DNA of 47,397 nt from contig JALHOP010000023.1 in assembly GCA_022842935.1 (NCBI GenBank), forward strand, positions 1 through 47,397, written 5' to 3'. The notes below the pieces were generated by a model. That model made no database searches. It was not told the DNA's origin and saw only the letters and a list, made by a program, of their open reading frames with translations. The stretch comes from Myxococcota bacterium. GTDB taxonomy: Bacteria; Myxococcota; XYA12-FULL-58-9; JALHOP01. Below, piece after piece: positions 5,892-14,811 of the stretch; the first letter of the stretch is position 1, and every line of letters begins with the position of its first letter. The position numbers and the translations under genes are program-made.

Positions 5892-8765
5892 CTATTCAGC
5901 TGCGCTCGCCCACCCGAATGGTAGACATGTATAGGTCACCTCTTGACCAGGCTTCGCGGCGATCGCGCGGATCTCCGCGTCATCGAGCACCGAGCCGCCA
6001 TCGTCGGGCTCGAAGAAGCCATCGGGCTGCAGCTTGTAGGTGCGCGCGCGACCTTCGGTGACGAAGCGTGCGACGAGGTCGCACTCGCGCGCTCCGGCGC
6101 CCAGCACCTTCGATACGAACGGCGTCTTGGCACGCGCGACCAGCAAGTCGATGCGTGGCCCAACGCTCGCGGCGTTGTCAGCGCGCAGGGTGACCTGCTG
6201 ACCAACGACCGGTGCCAAGTCAGTGTCGAAAGCGAGCAAGTATTGCTCGACGTCACGTCGCTGGGGGTCGCCGCCGGTGAAGCCCACCCGGCCGTCGTAC
6301 GTCGGGTTGAAGACGACCTGCTGCAAGAACCGAAACAGCGTATCGGTACTGCCGTCGAAGGCGTATCCGGTACCGCGGACCTGGGCGCCCTGATAGCCGT
6401 TGTCGCCGAGGTTGATGTGGTCGACGGCCGGCGAGCCGAACATGCCAACCTTGTGGACCATGTTCCGCAATTGCGGAATCTTGAAGGTCTGCGGTAGCGC
6501 TTCGAAGCTCGATTGACCGTCGGTCCCGAAGAAGCCCTTCGCAGGGTCGAGGGTGTGGCAACCCTGGCAGGTGAAGCCAAACCCGGCGATGGGTAGACCG
6601 TCGGAGAAATGGCCAAGCCCGGTCGCGATGGGCTCGTTGGGCGAGCAGCGCGCAACGTTTCCAGAGACGCTCGGGGTGCCGGCGCATCCCAGATAAAACT
6701 GGCGGCCACGCTCCTGACTTGCGTTCAAGCCATTGTCCAGCGCGCGCACCGGGTTCGGTGGCATGACGACCGAAAGCGTGAACGCCGTGAATGCTTGCAT
6801 CGCCTCGCGCGGCAGAGGCTCGGCGCGCCCAAGCAAGTCCTGAAAGGCGCCGATGAAGTTGTTGAACGACAGCTCGGCGTCATACGGGGGCGCCTTGCTC
6901 GTGTCCGTGCCGAAAGCGCCCGAAACCCGGTCGCCACGCCAGTGCATGGGACCGTGATTTACTAGACCGCGCAGCGTTTGCGTGGTCAGCGGCCCCTTCA
7001 TGGGATGCAGGGCGTCCACTTCGCCGGTCCCGTTGATGGTGGGTTCTGCGCCGAGCCCGAGGCGCACGGGCACGGGGCTTATCACCACCTCCCCGTCTGG
7101 ATTGCCGAGGTCCCAAGCCAGGTGGTCGTCATCGGCGAATATATGGCAGCTCGCGCACGCAGCTTCGCCGTTCGAAGACAGGCGCCCGTCGTAGAGCGCT
7201 GGTCGGCCGGTGGTCACCACACCCGGCTCAGGGTTTGCGAGGGTGCGATGGCCGCTTTCTTTTGCCGTTGCGAGGTCGATCACGGAGACGCCGTTGTCGA
7301 AGCGCGTCGCGACATACAGGCGTTGTCGTCCGCTATCAAGGACAACACCCGATGGGCCGCCGCCCGAGACGTCCAGGTAGCCGGCACTCGCAACGCGTGG
7401 ATCGAAGCTGTCGTTCTCGAGCGCTGCAGTCGATAGCACTCCGACTTTTGCCGAGCCGAATCCCGCGACGTAGAGCGTCGCGCCATCGGGGCTGACCACG
7501 ACCTCGAGGGGCGTCGACAAGCTGTGGCTGGCAGTGTCCGTGGGCGCCGGCAGGACGTCGTAGGCGATGTGCTTGTTGAGGTGACGCGGGCGCACGCTCG
7601 CCCCGTCGACGACGGTGATGCGCGATTCGGCGAGGTGACCTTGCAGGGTGGTGGCCGCGTACGTGCCCGGCCCTTCGAAGCGCAGGTCGTTGCGCGCCTC
7701 GGTGTTCGAGACATACACCACGCCGGTTACGGGGTTCACGGCGACGTTGAAGAGTGTCGTGCCAAGGCCCGCGTATGTCGCGACCGTCGCGAGATTGCCG
7801 GTGTCGATCGCGAAGAGGTCTTGGTCGGGGAGGTCGAAGGTCGCGGCCGCGGTCCAGTCGCGTCCCAACACGTCCCGCCAGACGCCATCGTTGCCGGTCT
7901 TGAGGATGACCGCGACTGGAGGTGCGGGAACGCCGTCGTGACTGGTCGCAGGGCCGGGCGGAGCACCAGGGACCTCGATGCCCAGCTTGACGCATGTCGA
8001 GGTCACTCCTGGGCCATCGAAACCGGCGCACGGTAGTGTCGGGGGCGTCACCGTGGTGCGGTTCCCCGACTTGAAGACGGCCACGTAGACCCGAGCACCG
8101 TCTGGCGAGACCGCGAGACCACGTGGGGAATCGCCGAAAAACGAAAGGATGCGCAGCGGTGTGCCGCCGAGCGTGTCGCCGAGGTTGTCGCCATCGAAGA
8201 CCCAGACGTCGGCACGCCCGATGCCTGGTGTCGTCAATAGCGGATCGCCGGCGCCGGGCACGTTTGCGATCGACGGGTCGGAGCGATGCTGGCCGCGATG
8301 CGCCGTGCTGATGAATGCGCGCCGACCCTCGGGGCCAGCGAACACAATGTCTTGTGGCTCGTCGCCCACCAGCAAGGTTCGCACCACACGTGGCGGGCTT
8401 GTCGTCGTGTCCACCACGCTGACGCTATCGGAGAGGTGATTGACCACCCACACTTCGCCGTTGGCGCGCGCTGCGACAGCCACGGGCTCGAGGCCGACGT
8501 GCGTCGAGCTCACGAGCGTTAAGCCGTCAGCACTCACGTCGAGCACGTCGAGCGTGGCGTTGGGTGTGTTCGCGACGAAGAGTCGGCTACCGTCAGCGGA
8601 CAGGGCGAGAGGGCGGACAGGGCCGCTTTCGAAGGTAAAGGTGGGTGTAAGTGTGCTCGACGTCGGTGTCACCACTGGCAAGTCGACCGGGTCCTTGTCG
8701 TCCGAACAGGCGCTGGAACAACAAACGAGTGCAATGAGCAGCGGTGTGGTCGTGGATATTTTCAT
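5892..8765 (-). CDS. Secreted lipoprotein: YVTN-type beta-propeller fused to a di-haem cytochrome c peroxidase / MauG-like domain
   Basis: Start at the internal Met (MKISTTTPLLIALVCCSSACS, lipoprotein-like signal). Two CXXCH haem-binding motifs (ACASCH and CQGCH) in the C-terminal half. Repeated LYVA/VSVID propeller blades in the N-terminal half. Confidence 0.7.
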   Translation of the reverse strand: MKISTTTPLLIALVCCSSACSDDKDPVDLPVVTPTSSTLTPTFTFESGPVRPLALSADGSRLFVANTPNATLDVLDVSADGLTLVSSTHVGLEPVAVAARANGEVWVVNHLSDSVSVVDTTTSPPRVVRTLLVGDEPQDIVFAGPEGRRAFISTAHRGQHRSDPSIANVPGAGDPLLTTPGIGRADVWVFDGDNLGDTLGGTPLRILSFFGDSPRGLAVSPDGARVYVAVFKSGNRTTVTPPTLPCAGFDGPGVTSTCVKLGIEVPGAPPGPATSHDGVPAPPVAVILKTGNDGVWRDVLGRDWTAAATFDLPDQDLFAIDTGNLATVATYAGLGTTLFNVAVNPVTGVVYVSNTEARNDLRFEGPGTYAATTLQGHLAESRITVVDGASVRPRHLNKHIAYDVLPAPTDTASHSLSTPLEVVVSPDGATLYVAGFGSAKVGVLSTAALENDSFDPRVASAGYLDVSGGGPSGVVLDSGRQRLYVATRFDNGVSVIDLATAKESGHRTLANPEPGVVTTGRPALYDGRLSSNGEAACASCHIFADDDHLAWDLGNPDGEVVISPVPVRLGLGAEPTINGTGEVDALHPMKGPLTTQTLRGLVNHGPMHWRGDRVSGAFGTDTSKAPPYDAELSFNNFIGAFQDLLGRAEPLPREAMQAFTAFTLSVVMPPNPVRALDNGLNASQERGRQFYLGCAGTPSVSGNVARCSPNEPIATGLGHFSDGLPIAGFGFTCQGCHTLDPAKGFFGTDGQSSFEALPQTFKIPQLRNMVHKVGMFGSPAVDHINLGDNGYQGAQVRGTGYAFDGSTDTLFRFLQQVVFNPTYDGRVGFTGGDPQRRDVEQYLLAFDTDLAPVVGQQVTLRADNAASVGPRIDLLVARAKTPFVSKVLGAGARECDLVARFVTEGRARTYKLQPDGFFEPDDGGSVLDDAEIRAIAAKPGQEVTYTCLPFGWASAAE

Positions 8766-9035
8766 GGGAAGGCCGCCAAGAACTTTCTCATCACTGTTGA
8801 ACACCGGCGAGGCCAATTCGTTGCACCCAATTCGGCTGGGACCGCATGCGAGGCTCTGTCGAAGACTGGCGTGCCACACAGAAGCGCGGATCACGGCGCT
8901 GCACCGAGAAGCGCGGCGCGCCCGAGTCGTGACCGCGGGTCATGGCTCGAGCAAGCGCGCGAGGAAGGCGCGAACGACCCGCGGGACGCCGATAGGGCTT
9001 GCCAGGCCGAGTGCTTCGGGAGACGACCGAGCACC

Positions 9036-9362
9036 ATGAGCGACAACCTCGAATGGTCCCGCACGTTCCGCAGAGTGCTGGCCAGCACGGTGAGCTTTTT
9101 TCTCCTCGCGATCATGGCGATCGTGCTCGGCTTCACCCGCGGTCACGGCTTCGTGCCACCCTCCTTCGAGAGCTCACCGCCCGCCGTGCTGCTCGTCTAC
9201 GGAGTGGGTCTGGGCTTTCCCGCGTTCAGCGCGTTCTGCCTGCTGGTCGCTTGGGTTCGGCTGAGCGAAAAGCGCTACGGCGTGGCGCAACGCCTAGCAC
9301 TCGCGCCGTGGGGTTACTTCGCCGTCTTCATGACGTTGCTAGCGCTGCTACTGCGCCGCTGA
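9036..9362 (+). CDS. Small hydrophobic membrane protein, about 108 aa from the internal ATG. Hypothetical.
   Basis: Three to four hydrophobic helices (FFLLAIMAIVLGF, VLLVYGVGLGFPAFSAFCLLVAW, YFAVFMTLLALLL). GC3-rich codons. Confidence 0.35.
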   Translation: MSDNLEWSRTFRRVLASTVSFFLLAIMAIVLGFTRGHGFVPPSFESSPPAVLLVYGVGLGFPAFSAFCLLVAWVRLSEKRYGVAQRLALAPWGYFAVFMTLLALLLRR

Positions 9363-9375
9363 CAAACAGCCTTGC

Positions 9376-10368
9376 TCAGACGCTTGTCGAAGACGCGCCC
9401 GGCATGTGCGAGTGGGCGTGATAGCTGCTCCGCACCAGCGGACCACTCTCGACGTGCTTGAAGCCGCGCTTCAAACCCTCTTCCTTCAGGAAGCGGAACT
9501 CGTCGGGCGTGTAGAAGCGCGCGATGGGGGCGTGCTTCTTGGTTGGGTTCAGATATTGGCCCAGCGTGAGCACGTCGCATTCGACCTGGCGCAGATCATC
9601 CATCACCAGAAGCAGCTCGTCGATGGTCTCGCCCAAGCCAACGATGACACCTGTCTTCGTGGTCATCGCCACCGGCTTGCCGCTGCCGTTGTCGCCCTTG
9701 CGATAGGCGTCCGCGCGAGCGAGCAGCTCGAGGCAACGCGCATAGATACCCTTTGAGCGCATCGCCTTGTAGAGGCGGGGAACGGTTTCGGTGTTGTGGT
9801 TCAACACCTCGGGCCGCGCGTCGAGAACCTTACGCAGAGAGGCGTGGTCACCCATGAAGTCAGGGATGAGGACTTCGATTTTGGTGCCCGGCTTGCGCTC
9901 ACGAATGGCGTTGATGGTGTCGACGAAGTGATAGGCGCCGTAGTCGGGCAGGTCGTCGCGGTCGACGCTGGTGAGGACCGCGTGGGTGATGCCCAAGCGT
10001 GCCACGGCCTCGGCGACATTCGCGGGCTCTTGTGGATCGGGCAGGTTCTTTGGCCGACCGCTGATGACGCTGCAGTAGCGGCAATTGCGCGTGCAGACCT
10101 CGCCCAAGATCATGAAGGTCGCGGTCTTGTGCTGGCCCCAGCACTCCCAGATGTTCGGACAGCGCGCCTCTTCGCAGACGGTATTGAGCTTCAGGTCGCC
10201 GAGGAGCTTTTTGACGTCGTTGTAGGTCTCGGTGTTCTGGACCTTGATGCGCATCCACGGGGGTCTGCGAGCACCGGCCCCTTCGCGGGCAACAGGAGTG
10301 ACGGGGGTGTCTTTGGTTGCTACGTCGGTCACGCGTGCATTCCTGCTACGTCGGAACGCACATGGCAA
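9376..10368 (-). CDS. lipA: Lipoyl synthase
   Basis: CEEARCPNIWEC and CTRNCRYCSV cysteine clusters (both 4Fe-4S sites). The start may instead be the internal Met at 10254. Confidence 0.9.
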   Translation of the reverse strand: MPCAFRRSRNARVTDVATKDTPVTPVAREGAGARRPPWMRIKVQNTETYNDVKKLLGDLKLNTVCEEARCPNIWECWGQHKTATFMILGEVCTRNCRYCSVISGRPKNLPDPQEPANVAEAVARLGITHAVLTSVDRDDLPDYGAYHFVDTINAIRERKPGTKIEVLIPDFMGDHASLRKVLDARPEVLNHNTETVPRLYKAMRSKGIYARCLELLARADAYRKGDNGSGKPVAMTTKTGVIVGLGETIDELLLVMDDLRQVECDVLTLGQYLNPTKKHAPIARFYTPDEFRFLKEEGLKRGFKHVESGPLVRSSYHAHSHMPGASSTSV

Positions 10369-10663
10369 GGGTTGCCGGCGCGCATGTCGATTCGCCCCGA
10401 AAATCGGTGACGCGAGCCATGTTCAGGCGTAGCAACCTCCATGAGCGCGAGAGCCTTGAAGGCGACCGGGGCGAGCGCGTTGGCCCAGGTCCTCGCCGCG
10501 CGAAACGCCGTTTGCCCATCCGACTATGCCGCTGTTTCAAACAACCCATCGTCCAGGTTCGCGCGGTCCCAGGGTCGCCGCGTGAACATTCGACGAAACG
10601 CTAGAAGCGGAACCGCCATCGCGGCGTAGCTGGGCCGCGGGTTTGGCAGCCGAATGGTGACAG

Positions 10664-11377
10664 CTATCGGGTCAACCCATCCGCGGAGCCACGCGGAATC
10701 GAGCTGCCCTCCATCGTCGTGATGTCGGGGCACAAGTCGCGGTCCAAGACCCGGGCGCAATGCCGCGCGAGGTGCTCTTCCACCTCGGCGAGGGCGACCT
10801 TGCGGTCGAGCAGCGCCTCGAGTGAGGTCACACCGCGCCCATGGATGCCGCACGGGACGATGGTCTCGAAATGCGCGAGGTTCGTGCCGACGTTGAGGGC
10901 GAAGCCGTGCATCGTCGTCCAGCGCGCAACGCGTACCCCGATGGCCGCAACCTTGTCGTTGCCCACCCATACTCCGCGCAGACCCTCGACGCGGGTGGCG
11001 TCAACGCCGTAGTCCGCGCACGTCGCGATGAGCGCCTCTTCGAGGTTCCAGATGAAGCGGCGGATGTCCTTCTCGCCGTCACGGAGCTTCACGATAGGGT
11101 AGCCCACGACTTGGCCGGGCCCGTGATACGTCACGTCGCCGCCGCGCGATGATCGATGCAGCTCGATGCCCATCGCCGCGAGCTCCTGCGGCGTGCGCCT
11201 CAGATTGTCGAAGCCGTCGAGCCCGCTGTTCTTGCCGAGCGTGACCACGGGGTCGTGCTCGAGCAAGAACAACGTGTCAGGCTCGGTGTCCGCTAGAACA
11301 GCCGCATGCCGAGCTTCCTGCAGGGCCAGCATCGGCGCGTAACCGATGCGACCCATCCGGACGGCGTGCAGCTTCAC
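10664..11377 (-). CDS. lipB: Octanoyltransferase (lipoyl(octanoyl) transferase)
   Basis: Typical LipB N-terminus and RGGDVTYHGPGQ.VGYP motif. Directly downstream of the E2 gene. Confidence 0.85.
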   Translation of the reverse strand: MKLHAVRMGRIGYAPMLALQEARHAAVLADTEPDTLFLLEHDPVVTLGKNSGLDGFDNLRRTPQELAAMGIELHRSSRGGDVTYHGPGQVVGYPIVKLRDGEKDIRRFIWNLEEALIATCADYGVDATRVEGLRGVWVGNDKVAAIGVRVARWTTMHGFALNVGTNLAHFETIVPCGIHGRGVTSLEALLDRKVALAEVEEHLARHCARVLDRDLCPDITTMEGSSIPRGSADGLTR

Positions 11378-11381
11378 CGGC

Positions 11382-12863
11382 TCAGAGCTCCGATTCGTCG
11401 AACTCTTCGATGTTCTTCTTCACCTTGGCCATGAAGTTGTCGGCCACGGCGCCGTCGATGAGACGGTGATCGAAGCTGAGCGACAAATAGGCGCGGGTGC
11501 GAATTGCGATCGCGTCGTTGATGACGACCGGACGCTTCTCGATGTTGGCGACGCCCATGATGGCGACTTGCGGCTGATTGATGATCGGCAAACTGATCAT
11601 CGGACCGATCTGGCCAGGGTTCGTCACGGTGAACGTACCACCGCTGATCTCGTCGGGCATCAGCTTGCGGTTACGCGCCCGCGTCGCAAGATCGACGCTG
11701 CGCCGAGCAAGACCTAGCAGATTGAGCTCGTCGGCGGAGTGGATGACCGGCACGATAAGGCCCCAGTCGAGAGCCACTGCGATGCCGAGGTTGATGCTGC
11801 GGTGATAGATGACGTTGGTGCCATCGAGACTCGCGTTGAGCACCGGGAAGCCCTTGAGAGCATCGACCACGGCCTTCAGCACGAAGCCGTTGTAGGTCAG
11901 GTTGACGCCATGACGCTCTTCCCACAACGCTTTGTGCTTGGCGCGCAGCTGCGCGACCTTGGTGAAGTCGATGTCCCAGACCGTGTTCACATGAGCGGAC
12001 ACGCGGCGTGACACCACCATGTGCTCGGCGATTTTGGCGCGCATGTTCGAGAGCGGCTCGACGCGGTCACCCTCGAAGACGCGTCCACGATAAGCGTCCG
12101 GCACGGGTGCACGCACGTCATAGACATTGCCGCCGCCAGCCGATGGGGCACCTTGCGCCGGTAGCAGTTGCGACTGCGGCGCGCCCTTCGTCGCGACGCC
12201 CGCTGAGGTGCTAGCGGCGCGCTGCGCTTGTGGCGCCTGCTGCTGCGGCCCGCGCTCCATGTAGCCCATGATGTCGTCTTTGGTGACGCGGCCCGACATC
12301 CCAGAGCCCTCGATCTGCGTGATGTCGATGTCGTTCTCGGCGGCGATCTTGCGCACTAGCGGCGAGCTCTTGGTCTTGCGGCGCTCCTCGTCGCTGACGC
12401 CGTTGGTGGCGTGCACGGCCTTCGGTGGCTCAGCCTTCGGAGCCTCGGCCTTCGGCGGTCGGGTATCTGCCTTCGGCGGCTCGGCTTTCGGTTGTTCGAC
12501 CTTCGGGGCAGCGGCCTTCGGAGCCTCGGCCTTCGGTGCCTCCGCTTTAGCGGCGCCGGCGCCCTTCTCTCCCGCCTCGCCGATCACGGCGACGACGCTA
12601 TTGACCGCGACGGTCGCCCCGTTCTGCGCCTTGATCTCGAGCAGCACGCCCGCCGCTGGTGACGGGATCTCGGCGTCGACTTTGTCGGTCGAAATCTCGA
12701 ACAACGGCTCGTCGCGGTTGACGGTATCGCCAACCTTCTTGAGCCAGTTGGTGATGGTTCCTTCGGCGATAGATTCGCCCATCTGAGGCATGATGACGTC
12801 GGTTGCCACGGTCAGATCTCCCTGGTGGTTCAGCGCGCGCGTCCTACCAGGGATCGCGCCCAA
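11382..12863 (-). CDS. 2-oxo acid dehydrogenase E2 component (dihydrolipoyllysine-residue acyltransferase), single lipoyl domain
   Basis: Lipoyl domain IMPQMGESIAEGTI...EISTDKVDAEIPSPAAGVL. Ala/Pro/Lys linker. Catalytic DHRLIDGA motif near the C-terminus. Confidence 0.85.
   Translation of the reverse strand: MGAIPGRTRALNHQGDLTVATDVIMPQMGESIAEGTITNWLKKVGDTVNRDEPLFEISTDKVDAEIPSPAAGVLLEIKAQNGATVAVNSVVAVIGEAGEKGAGAAKAEAPKAEAPKAAAPKVEQPKAEPPKADTRPPKAEAPKAEPPKAVHATNGVSDEERRKTKSSPLVRKIAAENDIDITQIEGSGMSGRVTKDDIMGYMERGPQQQAPQAQRAASTSAGVATKGAPQSQLLPAQGAPSAGGGNVYDVRAPVPDAYRGRVFEGDRVEPLSNMRAKIAEHMVVSRRVSAHVNTVWDIDFTKVAQLRAKHKALWEERHGVNLTYNGFVLKAVVDALKGFPVLNASLDGTNVIYHRSINLGIAVALDWGLIVPVIHSADELNLLGLARRSVDLATRARNRKLMPDEISGGTFTVTNPGQIGPMISLPIINQPQVAIMGVANIEKRPVVINDAIAIRTRAYLSLSFDHRLIDGAVADNFMAKVKKNIEEFDESEL
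12416..12548. repeat. Imperfect ~15-bp tandem repeats (GCCTTCGGNGNCTCN) encoding the AEAPK-type flexible linker of E2
   Basis: Repeated gccttcgg cores visible in the sequence. They translate to KAEAPKAEAPKAAAPK... Confidence 0.6.
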
Positions 12864-12922
12864 ACGACAATCCGGGGGAGGCCCTGGCAGGAATTTTGAC
12901 GGAATGATCCACCGCCCTCAGA

Positions 12923-13477
12923 GTGCGGCGCATGCGCAACAACATCGGCATCGACCTGAACTTCTCGTGCCTCTACCCCTATCCGGCCCAGCGGAAGGAC
13001 CGCCGTCTGCGCGACCGTGCGGAGCCGTCGACGGACTTCACCTGGGAGATGGACGCCCCTTGGAACGAGCAGCTCAAGAGAAGCGCGGCCACCTCGCCGA
13101 TGGCGCGCCGCGAGATCGAATTCGTCTATGAGCTCGAACGAAAGCTTCAGCAATGGGAACAGGCACAGAAGGACCGCCGCAAGCTTCTGCGCGCTCCGGT
13201 CATGACGCGCGTCCACATCGACGGCCAGGAACACATGTTGGCTTGCGATGTCTCGACGCGTGGCCTGCGTTGTTCGGGTCGGCCCAAGAAGGCGACTCTC
13301 GATGTCGAGTTCAAGATACCTGGCCTACCGTTCCCAATCGACGCCAAAGCCGAGGTCATTGAGTACTTCGACCGTCCGGTGATTCCGCTCGTCAACATGC
13401 GATTCATCGACCTGGACACCCCATACGAGAGCCACATCCAGGACTATGTGAACCGCAGACTTGCCCACACGTTGTAG
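12923..13477 (+). CDS. PilZ domain protein (c-di-GMP binding)
   Basis: RxxxR (RRLRDR) and D-x-S-x-x-G (DVSTRG) PilZ signature motifs. Confidence 0.5.
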   Translation: MRRMRNNIGIDLNFSCLYPYPAQRKDRRLRDRAEPSTDFTWEMDAPWNEQLKRSAATSPMARREIEFVYELERKLQQWEQAQKDRRKLLRAPVMTRVHIDGQEHMLACDVSTRGLRCSGRPKKATLDVEFKIPGLPFPIDAKAEVIEYFDRPVIPLVNMRFIDLDTPYESHIQDYVNRRLAHTL

Positions 13478-13905
13478 CGGCCGCAGTCTCGGTGGGATGA
13501 CGTTCGTAAACCGCGCAGCAAACCACCTGCGTGCTCTCCTCGTGGGGGTGCGTCGCGTCGCGGTGGTCGGCTGCTCGCCTAAGCCTTATCGGCAGAGTCA
13601 CCAGGTCGCCGCCACGATGCAGCGGCGAGGTTTCACCATCGTGCCGGTCCATCCGGCCGGCGGGGTGATCCTGGGCGAAACCGCTTTCGCGGACATTTCA
13701 CAGATGCCGGACGACTACTGCATCGACATGGTCAACGTTTTTCGACGGCCCGAGGCTACCGCCTGACTAGTCGCCGAGGCCAAGCGTCTCGGCGCGCGCG
13801 GTCTGGCTTCAACATGGCATCGAGAGCAGCGCGTGCGCGGACGCCGCCCGCGAGCACGGCATCATGTGTGTCATGAACTGTTGCTACTGCACCAGCCGCA
13901 GGTGA
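13461..13905 (+). pseudogene. CoA-binding (YccU-like) protein gene disrupted by an in-frame TGA (13764-13766) and a +1 frameshift about 40 nt later
   Basis: Frame 0 gives VAVVGCSPKPYRQSHQ...VNVFRRPEATA-stop-LVAEAKRLGARG. The +1 frame continues with VWLQHGIESSACADAAREHGIMCVMNCCYCT, which matches the conserved C-terminal half of CoA-binding proteins (WLQ.G...A...G..VV..C). Confidence 0.5.
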
Positions 13906-14381
13906 CCGCGAACCCCCGGTGTCTTGGCGATGTGCTTGAGCTCCGAGACGTCCTCGACGATGCGCTTGATGTAAGCCATCGCGGAGCTGCCCTCGTCATG
14001 GATCTGCTCGGCGACCAAGGGGCGCTTGTCGACGTAGCGATGCACCGCCAACATCGCTTCCGGGGCGAGCCTCAGAAAGCGTAGCGACAAGCCGATGCCG
14101 CGGGGAACCTCCACGAGGTCGACGACGCGGCAGGTGCAGCGGATGGCCTGGGTGTCGCCTGGGAGAGTGAAACGAACTGCGATGATCTGACCTGGCCAGC
14201 GCGGCCGCGTGGTTGTGACCAACATGCCACCCAGGCTGACGTCGTGCGCTACCATCCAGGTGCCGTCGCCCGTGCACTCGACCTTGATGGCAATGTCGGC
14301 GCGCGGCAGTTGGCGGCGCTCGCCGCCCTCGTCTTGCGTTCTCATGCGCTCATTGTGCGAGGACCTTTCGCAAAACCGCAA
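13884..14381 (-). CDS. PilZ domain protein
   Basis: RQLPR (RxxxR) and DVSLGG (DxSxGG) motifs. Confidence 0.5.
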   Translation of the reverse strand: MRFCERSSHNERMRTQDEGGERRQLPRADIAIKVECTGDGTWMVAHDVSLGGMLVTTTRPRWPGQIIAVRFTLPGDTQAIRCTCRVVDLVEVPRGIGLSLRFLRLAPEAMLAVHRYVDKRPLVAEQIHDEGSSAMAYIKRIVEDVSELKHIAKTPGVRGHLRLVQ

Positions 14382-14811
14382 AATTTCGTCCGCTTGATCG
14401 GCAGCAGGCCCGGTGCGATGCCTTAAGCGTGGTGTCTAAGGGAGCGCTCCAGTGGCAGCCAGAGACGCGCGTCGGCCCCACAACCGACGTGTTTGGCGCT
14501 GGCTGTTCCAAACATGGTTTCGAAGCGTCTCGAACGATACCCCACACGGGGCTGTACGCTTCGGCGTACGCCTCGCTCGAGCCTGAAAAGCTTGCTCAAA
14601 GGAAAACGGAAGCGACGTCTCATGGCCGAGCGGAATTGGCTCTGGCCTTGCGCCGGGACGCCTCTGGGCGGCGATGGCCTGCCTCGCCATGCTCCGAACC
14701 GGCCCGCGCGCGGGCAAGGCGGAGCAGCGGGGCTCGTCCGGCCGCCCACGCGACCCAGCCCGCCACTGTCCATGGCAGAGCCGTGAGACGTCCTTCTATC
14801 GAGGTGATGTG

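Noticed and set aside
12416-12548. Nucleotide tandem repeats inside the E2 gene as a mobile or contingency element
   Set aside because: They encode the expected Ala/Pro/Lys inter-domain linker of E2 proteins. They are in-frame and coding.
13764-13766. In-frame TGA in the CoA-binding gene as a possible selenocysteine codon
   Set aside because: The family is not known to use Sec. The aligned position is not a Cys. A separate +1 frameshift lies 40 nt downstream, so decay or error is more parsimonious.
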